Positions 18,483-26,610 are shown, numbered from the stretch's first letter. The stretch is 32,000 nucleotides of DNA from Candidatus Baldrarchaeum yapensis (GCA_016840465.1 JAEOSH010000005.1:30001-62000), one strand, 5' to 3'. Notes: generated by a model from the letters alone, not told the origin. A program made the numbers and translations.

Positions 18483-19586
18483 TTATTTCATGCCGTATCT
18501 TCTTTTTACCTCCCTGACCACTCGCGATACTCTTTTTAGCAATTCAATTGCGGCTATTGGCGGATATGCCCTAAGACCACATTCCGGACCTGCGAATATC
18601 ACTCTTTCCTCTCCAAACTTTCTGATATAATCAAGTAATCTGTTTTTCATGAGTTTTTCGTCCTCACACCAAATATCGACATCTATTTTTCCCTTCCTTG
18701 CATTACTCCACGCTTTAGCGACCTTCTCTTTGTCACCAAGTTTTTCTAGGAGCAGGTTGTCGATATCTGTCCTAGCAATCGGTGCCTTCAAAAATTTATC
18801 GTATTTTTCGAGATCTTTTTTCTCAATGTGCGCATCGGTATGTGCCTCTATTACATCTAAGCTTCTCACATCCCAGATAATGTCAGGACTTGCATGGATA
18901 TGTATAGCACTGAAAACTCCATGAGATTTCGCGGGATGCATTACTCTTTCAAGGTTTTTCACTATAAGATCTCTCGTGTCTTCGTTTTCTAAATTTAAAG
19001 GCGGGGGTGAGAAAAGGAAACTTGGTTCGTCAAAGGTGACGACCACAGTTTTAGCGTACTTTGTGTTGATGATGGCGTTTTTTGCAATGACCGCTAATGA
19101 GCGCGAGATATCTTCCATGACGTGCAGGGTTCCGATAGCAAGAGATAGTTCGACAGGGCCCGTTATACAAACCTTAAACTCTATACGCCGAATTCCACAG
19201 CGTTCACAGATGTTTTTTGCATATAGCCTTATAGCCTCAACTTCCGCGATCTTTCCTTCATCAACAAGCGATATTTTATCTAGTACTTCATATTTCCCCC
19301 TATCTGCTCTCCTAATACCTTTAAACTTCTGTAAGAATTGGGATATCATATCTCTTAGCTGTGCGTAGCATGGAACCTCAATATCCGCAATTATTTTATT
19401 AATGAAATGCTCATTGTGTTTCTTTATGAAGTATAATGCTTGTTCTGGGAGCTCTCTACGCAACAGATATACCAGTGATGGTGTTTTTTCTAGAAGAACC
19501 GCGCCTTCGTTGTAAACATCGATTTTTATGTCCATGTGAGGGAGACTACCTACATCCAAACTTTTAAGAGAGAAGTCTTGAGTCAT
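18483..19586 (-). CDS. Cobalamin-independent methionine synthase (MetE C-terminal/CIMS-like) family protein with atypical metal site
   Basis: DVGSLP, CITGP, TFDEP, IHIHA, FAGPECGLR. ATG 19586 is preferred because a TATA-like TTTTTAAA sits just 5' of the alternative ATG 19616. Confidence 0.75.
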   Translation of the reverse strand: MTQDFSLKSLDVGSLPHMDIKIDVYNEGAVLLEKTPSLVYLLRRELPEQALYFIKKHNEHFINKIIADIEVPCYAQLRDMISQFLQKFKGIRRADRGKYEVLDKISLVDEGKIAEVEAIRLYAKNICERCGIRRIEFKVCITGPVELSLAIGTLHVMEDISRSLAVIAKNAIINTKYAKTVVVTFDEPSFLFSPPPLNLENEDTRDLIVKNLERVMHPAKSHGVFSAIHIHASPDIIWDVRSLDVIEAHTDAHIEKKDLEKYDKFLKAPIARTDIDNLLLEKLGDKEKVAKAWSNARKGKIDVDIWCEDEKLMKNRLLDYIRKFGEERVIFAGPECGLRAYPPIAAIELLKRVSRVVREVKRRYGMK

Positions 19587-19803
19587 GCTTGCCCCCAAAT
19601 GAAGAAGGACTTTCATATGTTTAAAAAAGTAAATTCAACTGTTTGGTGTTAGCGTACCACCAATATTGCCGTTTCATAATATTGTTCAGAAAAAAAGAAT
19701 TAATCATGTTAATTGTCGAATTTTGAGAACGAATAAAGTTAAAATTCTTCAGTGAAAGTAGTATGAAATGTACACAGGATGCTATGATGAGAGGGTGACT
19801 CTC

Positions 19804-22377
19804 GTGCGTAGGGAACTCATAGGGCTAGTTGTTTCCTTTGCAATTCTAGTGCTCTTATTGTTCCCATATCCAGTGGCACTATCGCCCTTCTCCCTCTATA
19901 GTCTTGTAGACCCTATGTCAGGAGTATGGATCAATGCGTTGACAGCAAAGGTACCAGCAGAGGAAAAGATCGTACTTCCGGGAATCGATCATGAAGTCAT
20001 TGTTGTCTTTGATAAGTATGGTGTTCCTCACTTCTTTGCAGAATCAGAGAAAGACTTAGCATACGCAATTGGCTACATACATGCACGGGACAGATTATGG
20101 CAAATGGATTTTCTTAGGCGTGTTGTCGAGGGGCGGTTAACAGAGATATTTGGTAATATCAGCGGCGTGTACGAGAGCGATCTGCTCTTTAGGATTGTTG
20201 GATTGAAAAGGGGAGCATATGAATGCGAGAAACTTCTCAAAGAGAAGTTCCCTGACCTTTATGAACTACTTGAGGCGTATTCGGAGGGTGTTAATAGGGC
20301 AATAGAAGATATGAAACTTTCAAAGACATTACCCATAGAGTTTAAGCTGTTGAGATACGAACCGGAGCCCTGGACACCCCTGAACTCCTTAGAAATTGGA
20401 AGAATCATTGGTTGGGGATTAACTGGCACATTTGCAGATCTTTACTTATATTTGATTCTACAGAAATTCGGAATTAACGATACCCTTCAACTGATGCCCA
20501 TTGACAGGTACAAGGAAGTATACATTGTCAAGCCAGGCTATAAGGTTACATTAGGAAACGTAACAAAGCCTAAGGCAATTTCAAATATGGAATTGCATCT
20601 CCCCGATTTTGACGAGAAAGCCGTAGAGGAATTGCTCGAATGGAAGAGGAAGACGGACATATGGTTTTTACCGATAAAAGAAGCTTTTGCCTCAAACAAC
20701 TGGGTAATCAGCGGGTTCTACACAAATACTGGGAAACCTCTACTGTGTAACGACCCTCACCTTTCCCTAACGGTTCCTCCTGTGTGGTATGAGGTACATT
20801 ATGTTGTTAAGAGCGGCGATGAGATCTTTAACGTCAGAGGCGTCACATTCCCAGGAATTCCGATAGTCATAATTGGCAGTAATCAATACGTCGGCTGGGG
20901 CTTCACGAATGTAATGGCCGATCAGATAGATTTCTATTATTATGTGTGGAAGAACGATACTCACTACTGGTATAAGGATGCGTGGCATAAAATAAGGCAA
21001 GTAAAGGAAGTTTTCCGAATAAAAACTGATGCAGGATTCGTAGAGAAAGTTATATACATAAACTTCACCGTTCATGGGCCTTTACTCGAGATGAAAATCG
21101 ATGGAAAGAGGTACAGGTTTGCAGTCCGCTGGATGGGACAAAACGCAACGACAGAGGCATATGCTTTGTGGAAATACGCTCATGCACATGATATCTACGA
21201 GTTTCTCAGTTATACTAACTACTTCCAGATGCCCCCGCAGAACCACGTATTCGCTGACATATATGGAAATATAGGCTGGAGAGCGTGCGGAAGGTATCCG
21301 AATAGAACCTTCCCCAATGGAACAAATGCTGTACAGTTTAATCCGCTAATTCCACGTCTTCCAATTAACGGAAGCGATCCTAACGTGATAGAATGGAATG
21401 ATAGCGATTGGATAGAGCCCTGGGAGGCGCCCCAGTTAATAAATCCGCCATGGGGCTATATAGTAACTGCAAACAATAAGGCGGCAAATGTAAGCGATTA
21501 CCCGTATATCTACGACATTGCATGGACATGGGCGGACTATTACAGGGCATCACGCATTCAAGAGTTGATAAACGAAACTATTAATGAAAAGGGATATGTA
21601 ACCATAGAGGATATGATGCGGATACAAAATGATGTACTTCTCGTGCTTGCACGGTCTCTCAAAGAATTCTTGGCCGATGTTGCTGGAAGATACGGCTACG
21701 AGAATATAAAGAACTTGATTGAGAACTGGGACTGCAGGATGACTATAAATTCAACTGCAGCAACTATCTTCGTTGTATGGTATGATTACTACAAGAATTT
21801 TACGTTCTCCGACGAGTTCAGAGAGAAATTTGAGAGCAAAGATCTACAGAATCTATGGATGGAGTTGCCTGACAACACATTGGAACACTTCACATTAACA
21901 AACAAGTCTTGGAAGTGGTTCAATGATGTTGGTACAAAGGAGAGAGAAAATGCCACTACTATTGCTGGAAAGGCTCTAAAAGCTGCTATTGAGTATCTAA
22001 AGAAATACTTTGGAACAGATGATATTAATGAATGGAAGTTTGGGAAGTTGCATAAATTAAATGCACAACATGCCATGGGATCGACGCTTAAATGGTTAAA
22101 CTATCCGAATTGGGAAGCGCTTGGGTGGAGCAATTGTGTTAATAATATAGGCAGAAATGCTGACCATGGACCCTCATGGAGAGAAATTTTAGACTTTTCA
22201 GATCTTAATAACAGTCGTTGCATAATTCCTGGAGGGCAGTCTGGTAATCCCTTCAGCGAACACTATTACGATCAGTTAAGGATGTGGCTTGATGGAGAGT
22301 ACAAGAAAATGAGTTTCCCAGCGACTCCAGAGGAGGTCGAAGATGCCGAGTCGATAATTCATTTCGTTCCGGGGTGA
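19804..22377 (+). CDS. Penicillin acylase family (S45 Ntn-hydrolase), membrane-anchored
   Basis: DKYGVPHFFA, GYIHARDRLWQMD, nucleophile ASNNW (Ser codon 20692), LCNDPHL, WGFTN, TVHGP, ANNK, GPSWR, IPGGQSGNPFSEHYYDQ. N-terminal TM. GTG 19804 follows SD GAGGGTGA; the ORF is open from 19768. Confidence 0.95.
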   Translation: MRRELIGLVVSFAILVLLLFPYPVALSPFSLYSLVDPMSGVWINALTAKVPAEEKIVLPGIDHEVIVVFDKYGVPHFFAESEKDLAYAIGYIHARDRLWQMDFLRRVVEGRLTEIFGNISGVYESDLLFRIVGLKRGAYECEKLLKEKFPDLYELLEAYSEGVNRAIEDMKLSKTLPIEFKLLRYEPEPWTPLNSLEIGRIIGWGLTGTFADLYLYLILQKFGINDTLQLMPIDRYKEVYIVKPGYKVTLGNVTKPKAISNMELHLPDFDEKAVEELLEWKRKTDIWFLPIKEAFASNNWVISGFYTNTGKPLLCNDPHLSLTVPPVWYEVHYVVKSGDEIFNVRGVTFPGIPIVIIGSNQYVGWGFTNVMADQIDFYYYVWKNDTHYWYKDAWHKIRQVKEVFRIKTDAGFVEKVIYINFTVHGPLLEMKIDGKRYRFAVRWMGQNATTEAYALWKYAHAHDIYEFLSYTNYFQMPPQNHVFADIYGNIGWRACGRYPNRTFPNGTNAVQFNPLIPRLPINGSDPNVIEWNDSDWIEPWEAPQLINPPWGYIVTANNKAANVSDYPYIYDIAWTWADYYRASRIQELINETINEKGYVTIEDMMRIQNDVLLVLARSLKEFLADVAGRYGYENIKNLIENWDCRMTINSTAATIFVVWYDYYKNFTFSDEFREKFESKDLQNLWMELPDNTLEHFTLTNKSWKWFNDVGTKERENATTIAGKALKAAIEYLKKYFGTDDINEWKFGKLHKLNAQHAMGSTLKWLNYPNWEALGWSNCVNNIGRNADHGPSWREILDFSDLNNSRCIIPGGQSGNPFSEHYYDQLRMWLDGEYKKMSFPATPEEVEDAESIIHFVPG

Positions 22378-22381
22378 TCGC

Positions 22382-22738
22382 ATGAAGAGGTACGGGTTTC
22401 TGGCATGCTTTCTAATAACACTAATCTTAGCGGTATTGCTTGAACTCACAAGGATATGGGTACTCTTAATAGTAGCAGGGGTCATTGGAGGCTTCCTTTC
22501 AAAGAGTTTCCTAAGAGCAGTATTTGCCGGCTGCCTTGGAGTATTAGTATGCTGGCTCCTATATATTGCAGTGTTCTATACGCTTAATCCGTATGGTATG
22601 AGCATCGCGTTGAGCGTCTTTTCACTATTCTTAGGACTTATGGTGGTACTTGGCGCAGTGCTTGGCGCGCTTAGCGCATCGCTGGGGTATTTCTTATCAC
22701 AGGTGCTCATGCCGTCAGAGAAGGGGTCAGGGAAGTGA
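22382..22738 (+). CDS. Small membrane protein (about 4 TM), probably co-transcribed with the acylase
   Basis: Starts 4 nt after the acylase stop; Gly-rich hydrophobic segments. Confidence 0.75.
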   Translation: MKRYGFLACFLITLILAVLLELTRIWVLLIVAGVIGGFLSKSFLRAVFAGCLGVLVCWLLYIAVFYTLNPYGMSIALSVFSLFLGLMVVLGAVLGALSASLGYFLSQVLMPSEKGSGK

Positions 22739-22746
22739 TACGAGAA

Positions 22747-23175
22747 TTACTCGACTTTTATCCTAACTCTTTTTCTTTTCTTTGAAGAATCTTCTTTCTC
22801 TTTAACCTCTCGTATAATGAAGGATGATTGAGACTCTTCCTCTTTGATCGCTGGTATGCGGGACTCTTCTTTGGCTATTTCCCTTATGAGACTCGGTTCT
22901 GTGGACTCCTCGTCGAGTCCTATTATTTTTGCATCAGGGTATTTGTTCTTTATTTCCCTACGTAATGCTTCCTTATCGACGTTACCATATGTCTGTACCC
23001 TTACTATTGGTCGTCCCGTTTCGTCATACGTTACCGAGATGGAGTATCCTCCTCCCATTGTCTCCATATCTGGGAACTCTTCAAACATAGATTCCATCCG
23101 TTCAAATATTTCGTCAAATAATCCAAATATGTCAAATGGGCTTCTTCTTTTCCGCCCTCTTGATCTTCTACTCAT
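22747..23175 (-). CDS. Hsp20-N-terminus-like protein lacking the alpha-crystallin domain
   Basis: RRSPFDIFGLFDEIFERME, GYSISVTYDETGRPIVRVQTYGNV and C-terminal IKVE recall crenarchaeal Hsp20 termini. SD GAGGTG. Confidence 0.7.
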   Translation of the reverse strand: MSRRSRGRKRRSPFDIFGLFDEIFERMESMFEEFPDMETMGGGYSISVTYDETGRPIVRVQTYGNVDKEALRREIKNKYPDAKIIGLDEESTEPSLIREIAKEESRIPAIKEEESQSSFIIREVKEKEDSSKKRKRVRIKVE

Positions 23176-23240
23176 AAGGTTGCACCTCAGTTCTCATGTA
23201 AAAGTCTCAGGTAAAACCCTTACGGCAGTGGCGCTTAAGC

Positions 23241-23296
23241 GGCTCAGACGTCGCAGGCTTCCTCATCGATCAGGCTAGCAATCCCTCATCATTGCC
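23241..23296 (-). ncRNA. C/D-box 2'-O-methylation guide sRNA (sRNA-A)
   Basis: Minus strand reads GGCA-[C ATGATGA]-GGGATTGCTAGC(12)-[D' CTGA]-TCG-[C' ATGAGGA]-AGCCTGCGACGT(12)-[D CTGA]-GCC. Terminal GGC/GCC stem; intergenic. Confidence 0.88.
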
Positions 23297-23579
23297 ATAA
23301 TAGGTCTAACACTTATTCTTGACTCCCGTAAGTGAATATTTTTTACGGTGGATATCGAAGATGCATTAGGAGGATGCACATGAGGGACTTCTTTCTAGAG
23401 GTCTGATACTACTGCAACAAAATGTTTAAAAGATTCTTAATGTTAGTACCCCGAAGAGAGGGATCAAGATGAGGGTCTACCTTCCACGCTGATATGTGGA
23501 ATACTTGTAGTTTCTCTCGTTTTCTGCATGAAATAGTGGGTACTGTATTAAGACGTCTGGAGGTGATCGTTCTTGGAGC

Positions 23580-24518
23580 GTGATCAAGTTCCAGTGTGGA
23601 GTGGCCGTGAAAAGGTCAAAGTTTGGAGAAAGTAAGGAGCTACTTATGAGGAAGACCTTTGAAGTTTTGAATCTGGCACTTCGATCGGGACTCGATTATC
23701 TGTGCTTCGATTATGAGTGGAAGAAATATAATCTAACATGTGAGGATCTCGCTACCATCCTTGAAGAAATTGACAGCAATGATGGAAAACTCACAGTTAT
23801 CTTCACAGTTGCTTCTCGTGCAAATGAGTTCCTCATCGAAGGATCCGGTAAGGCAAATGTAGATTCCTTATTACAATTACTAGATTCGTATCCGGATCTA
23901 CTAGCTCTGAACTTGGTGGCTGGGAATCCGGCATACTTATCAGAGGAGGAAAGAGGTCGGTCTGGATCGAGGACTCTTTACATACTTGGCGCTTATGTTG
24001 CCAGTCACGCTCCTACAAATGCAAAAATTCTCGTGGGTACAGAAAACGTACTTAAAACTGCCGTGAAACTGGCAGCGGAATTCGGATACATACCGTTTCA
24101 TTTGTTTTCAGACAAATTGTCCACCGAGTTGAACTATACGTTCAGTAGAACTAGTGGGGTTAGTGCATGTTATGTCCCCTATTCTTGTGTGCTTTCGGAA
24201 AGAGAAGTTGCATTGAAGATATGGAGGTATGTTTTACGGAGAAGTAGCGCATGGGAGATGCTTAGATCACAAAATATAGACCCGAAGATTTTAGTGACTG
24301 CGTTTGAGAACGGTAAACATGAGAAACTGAGTGACCATGCATGGAATGCATTTGTGTCAGTAATGAGATACTTTGTGATATATGGCGACGACCGGGCATT
24401 TGATCGAGAACTAGGGGATTACATCAGCAGTGGCATGCGCCTAGTAATAGGGTTACCGTTAGGGGATTTCGAGAAGGAAGTGCCTCAACTTGCGAGAATC
24501 ATGAGGCGAGAGTCATAA
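23580..24518 (+). CDS. Divergent luciferase-like (LLM/Mer-like) TIM-barrel oxidoreductase-like protein
   Basis: C-terminal half parallels Mer as recalled (KILVGTENVLKTA; SACYVPYS; EMLRSQNIDP; FVIYGDD...YISSGMRLVIGLPLG). SD GGAGGTGAT at 23559-23567; the start could also be ATG 23646. Confidence 0.55.
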   Translation: MIKFQCGVAVKRSKFGESKELLMRKTFEVLNLALRSGLDYLCFDYEWKKYNLTCEDLATILEEIDSNDGKLTVIFTVASRANEFLIEGSGKANVDSLLQLLDSYPDLLALNLVAGNPAYLSEEERGRSGSRTLYILGAYVASHAPTNAKILVGTENVLKTAVKLAAEFGYIPFHLFSDKLSTELNYTFSRTSGVSACYVPYSCVLSEREVALKIWRYVLRRSSAWEMLRSQNIDPKILVTAFENGKHEKLSDHAWNAFVSVMRYFVIYGDDRAFDRELGDYISSGMRLVIGLPLGDFEKEVPQLARIMRRES

Positions 24519-24890
24519 ACGAAGTCTTTTTATTTCTCCATTCACTTTGGGAATTCTTATTTCCAATATGCCGTTTCTAAAAGTTGCCTTGGCGGATTTT
24601 ATGTTACCCGGTGGTGGTATTTCTATCATTTTCCTTAGAGTTCCACGGACGAAAACATATAAGCGGTGACCTTCGCCCCTGATATCTATATCTTCCTTCC
24701 GTGCGTCGAGAATTTGTATTATCACAACAATTTCATCGTCCATTTCGAGTAATTCGTATAACTCATTATCGCTTCTTTCTTTAACGCTATCTGCGTGTTC
24801 CACGGGATTTTCATCGATACCCAGCATTGTGAGTATCGAGTTAAATAATTTTAAGAACTCATCGAATATGTCATGCCTTTTCTTTCCCAT
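24513..24890 (-). CDS. Small heat-shock protein (Hsp20/alpha-crystallin domain)
   Basis: KKRHDIFDEF, ELLEMDDEIVVIIQI..ARKEDIDI, SAKATFRNGILEIRIPK. Confidence 0.85.
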   Translation of the reverse strand: MGKKRHDIFDEFLKLFNSILTMLGIDENPVEHADSVKERSDNELYELLEMDDEIVVIIQILDARKEDIDIRGEGHRLYVFVRGTLRKMIEIPPPGNIKSAKATFRNGILEIRIPKVNGEIKRLRL

Positions 24891-24998
24891 TAACAACACC
24901 TTAAGAGGTTATTATTCGATATGCACAAAAACTTTTTGTTTCTCAATGCAAAAAAGGAGTTTTTGCCATTATATTGGTGTTTTGTAATACCTAATACT

Positions 24999-26567
24999 TC
25001 AAATGCCTAATTCTTGCCTTATTTTCTGCACAATTCTTCCTTCCCTTATAAGGTTCGATACGACCTCAAGATCTCGTGATAATGACCTATCGTCCTCCAA
25101 TGCACTGACATGTCTTCTTATCTCTTCATAAGCTATCTTTGTACCACTCCCTAATAGTTCCTTGCCTCCTCTCAGATCGATTCCCTGCGTTGCTGCTATC
25201 ATTTCAAGAGCTATTATGTAGCGTGTGTTACTTATTATTTGAGCAGTTCTTCGCGCTGAAACCAGCCCCATGCTAACAACGTCCTGATTTTCGGCATTAG
25301 TGGGTATGGACTTTATGCTTATCGGGCATGCAAGGCCCTGATTTTCAGCAACCAACGAAGTTGCTACGTACTGCACACCCATGAACCCACATCTAAGCCC
25401 CGGGTTTGATGAGACTAAGAATGGCGGTAAACCTCTATTTGTCATTTCATTCAAGAGAATAGCAAGTCGTCTTTCGGATAATAGGCCAACCTCCGTCGCG
25501 GCTATTGCTGCAAAATCCATGGCCATGGATATGTGTTGCCCATGAAAGTTTCCACCGTGGTACACCTTTTCGTTGTCTGCATCGATCAGTGGGTTGTCCG
25601 ATGCTGAGTTCAGTTCTGTCTCCACAATGCTCCTTACGAATTTTAGTGCATCAAGTGAGGCTCCTAGCACCTGCGGTGTACATCTGAGGCTATATACGTC
25701 TTGGAATTTCTCCTCCATCTTCTCGACTGATCCCTTTACTTCCTTTATGAAATCTTCGTACCTCCTGACGAGTTTACTTCCATCGAGGAGAGTTTTTATG
25801 TACCTTGCGATTTCCCTTTGTCCCTCATGAGGTCTGACATTATGTATGAAATCCTCAAACGGATCAATGAACCCCCTCATAGCCTCTATTGTTAATGCCG
25901 CAGCAATGGCCGCATTCTTTATTAACATCTCGAGGTCATAAACCACAAGCGCTGCGATTCCTGTCATTGCAGATGTTCCGTTGATCAGAGCAAGCCCTTC
26001 CTTATAGCTTAATTTTAGTGGCTTTAAATTCTCGTTTTTCATAGCTTCTGCTGCTTTTACTATTTTCCCACGATATTCGACAAACCCTTCTCCCATCATT
26101 GTTAGAGCCATATGCGCTAATTGCGTGAGGTCCCCACTCGCTCCAACCGATCCTATCTCGGGAATTACTGGATGGATTTTCCTGTTAAGCATTTCAATTA
26201 AGAGTTTCAGGACCTCCGGCCTGACACCGGAATGCCCCATAGCAAGAACGTTGGCGCGTACAAGCATCATTGCTCTTACATATTCTGTGGGAAGAGGATT
26301 CCCCACTCCGGATGCGTGACTCCTTATTAAATTCTCTTGCAGAACTTCGGCATCCTCAGCCGGTATCACGCAGCTTATCATCGGTCCGAATCCTGTGGTT
26401 ATTCCGTACACTATTTTCCCTTCATCAACGAATTTCCTAACAGTCTTCCGGCATTTCTCAACTCTCTTCAACGCCTCATCGGAAAGCATTACATTTGCGT
26501 GGTTCCTTGCAACTGCAACTACGCGCTCTATCGTTAAACTCTTACCATCCACTACCACGGCGCTCAA
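24999..26567 (-). CDS. MIO-dependent aromatic amino acid ammonia-lyase/aminomutase (HAL/PAL/TAL/TAM superfamily; TAM/TAL-like motifs)
   Basis: YGITTGFG, ENLIRSHASG, MIO triad GASGD, GLALINGT, YSLRCTPQV, DNPL, GGNFHGQ, NQDVVSMG. The TTG at 26567 follows SD GGTGAT; the ORF is open to 26576. Confidence 0.93.
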   Translation of the reverse strand: MSAVVVDGKSLTIERVVAVARNHANVMLSDEALKRVEKCRKTVRKFVDEGKIVYGITTGFGPMISCVIPAEDAEVLQENLIRSHASGVGNPLPTEYVRAMMLVRANVLAMGHSGVRPEVLKLLIEMLNRKIHPVIPEIGSVGASGDLTQLAHMALTMMGEGFVEYRGKIVKAAEAMKNENLKPLKLSYKEGLALINGTSAMTGIAALVVYDLEMLIKNAAIAAALTIEAMRGFIDPFEDFIHNVRPHEGQREIARYIKTLLDGSKLVRRYEDFIKEVKGSVEKMEEKFQDVYSLRCTPQVLGASLDALKFVRSIVETELNSASDNPLIDADNEKVYHGGNFHGQHISMAMDFAAIAATEVGLLSERRLAILLNEMTNRGLPPFLVSSNPGLRCGFMGVQYVATSLVAENQGLACPISIKSIPTNAENQDVVSMGLVSARRTAQIISNTRYIIALEMIAATQGIDLRGGKELLGSGTKIAYEEIRRHVSALEDDRSLSRDLEVVSNLIREGRIVQKIRQELGI

Positions 26568-26587
26568 TCCCATCACCGATCCACAAG

Positions 26588-26610
26588 TACTTAGAGTGAT
26601 AAACTAAGTA
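26588..26610. promoter_or_regulatory. Inverted repeat TACTTAG-N9-CTAAGTA upstream of the MIO-enzyme gene; candidate operator
   Basis: Perfect 7-bp arms. The spacer reads TTTATCACT on the minus strand (TATA-like). Confidence 0.5.

Noticed and set aside
23573-23635. 20-aa TTG-initiated uORF (MERDQVPVWSGREKVKVWRK) at optimal spacing from SD GGAGGTGAT
   Set aside because: The in-frame GTG 23580 gives a Mer-like N-terminus that explains the SD. The peptide has no telling composition. Kept only as a start-site ambiguity.
24999-26576. Calling the MIO enzyme hutH
   Set aside because: It lacks the HAL QEDH motif and there are no hut genes nearby, so the symbol was withheld.
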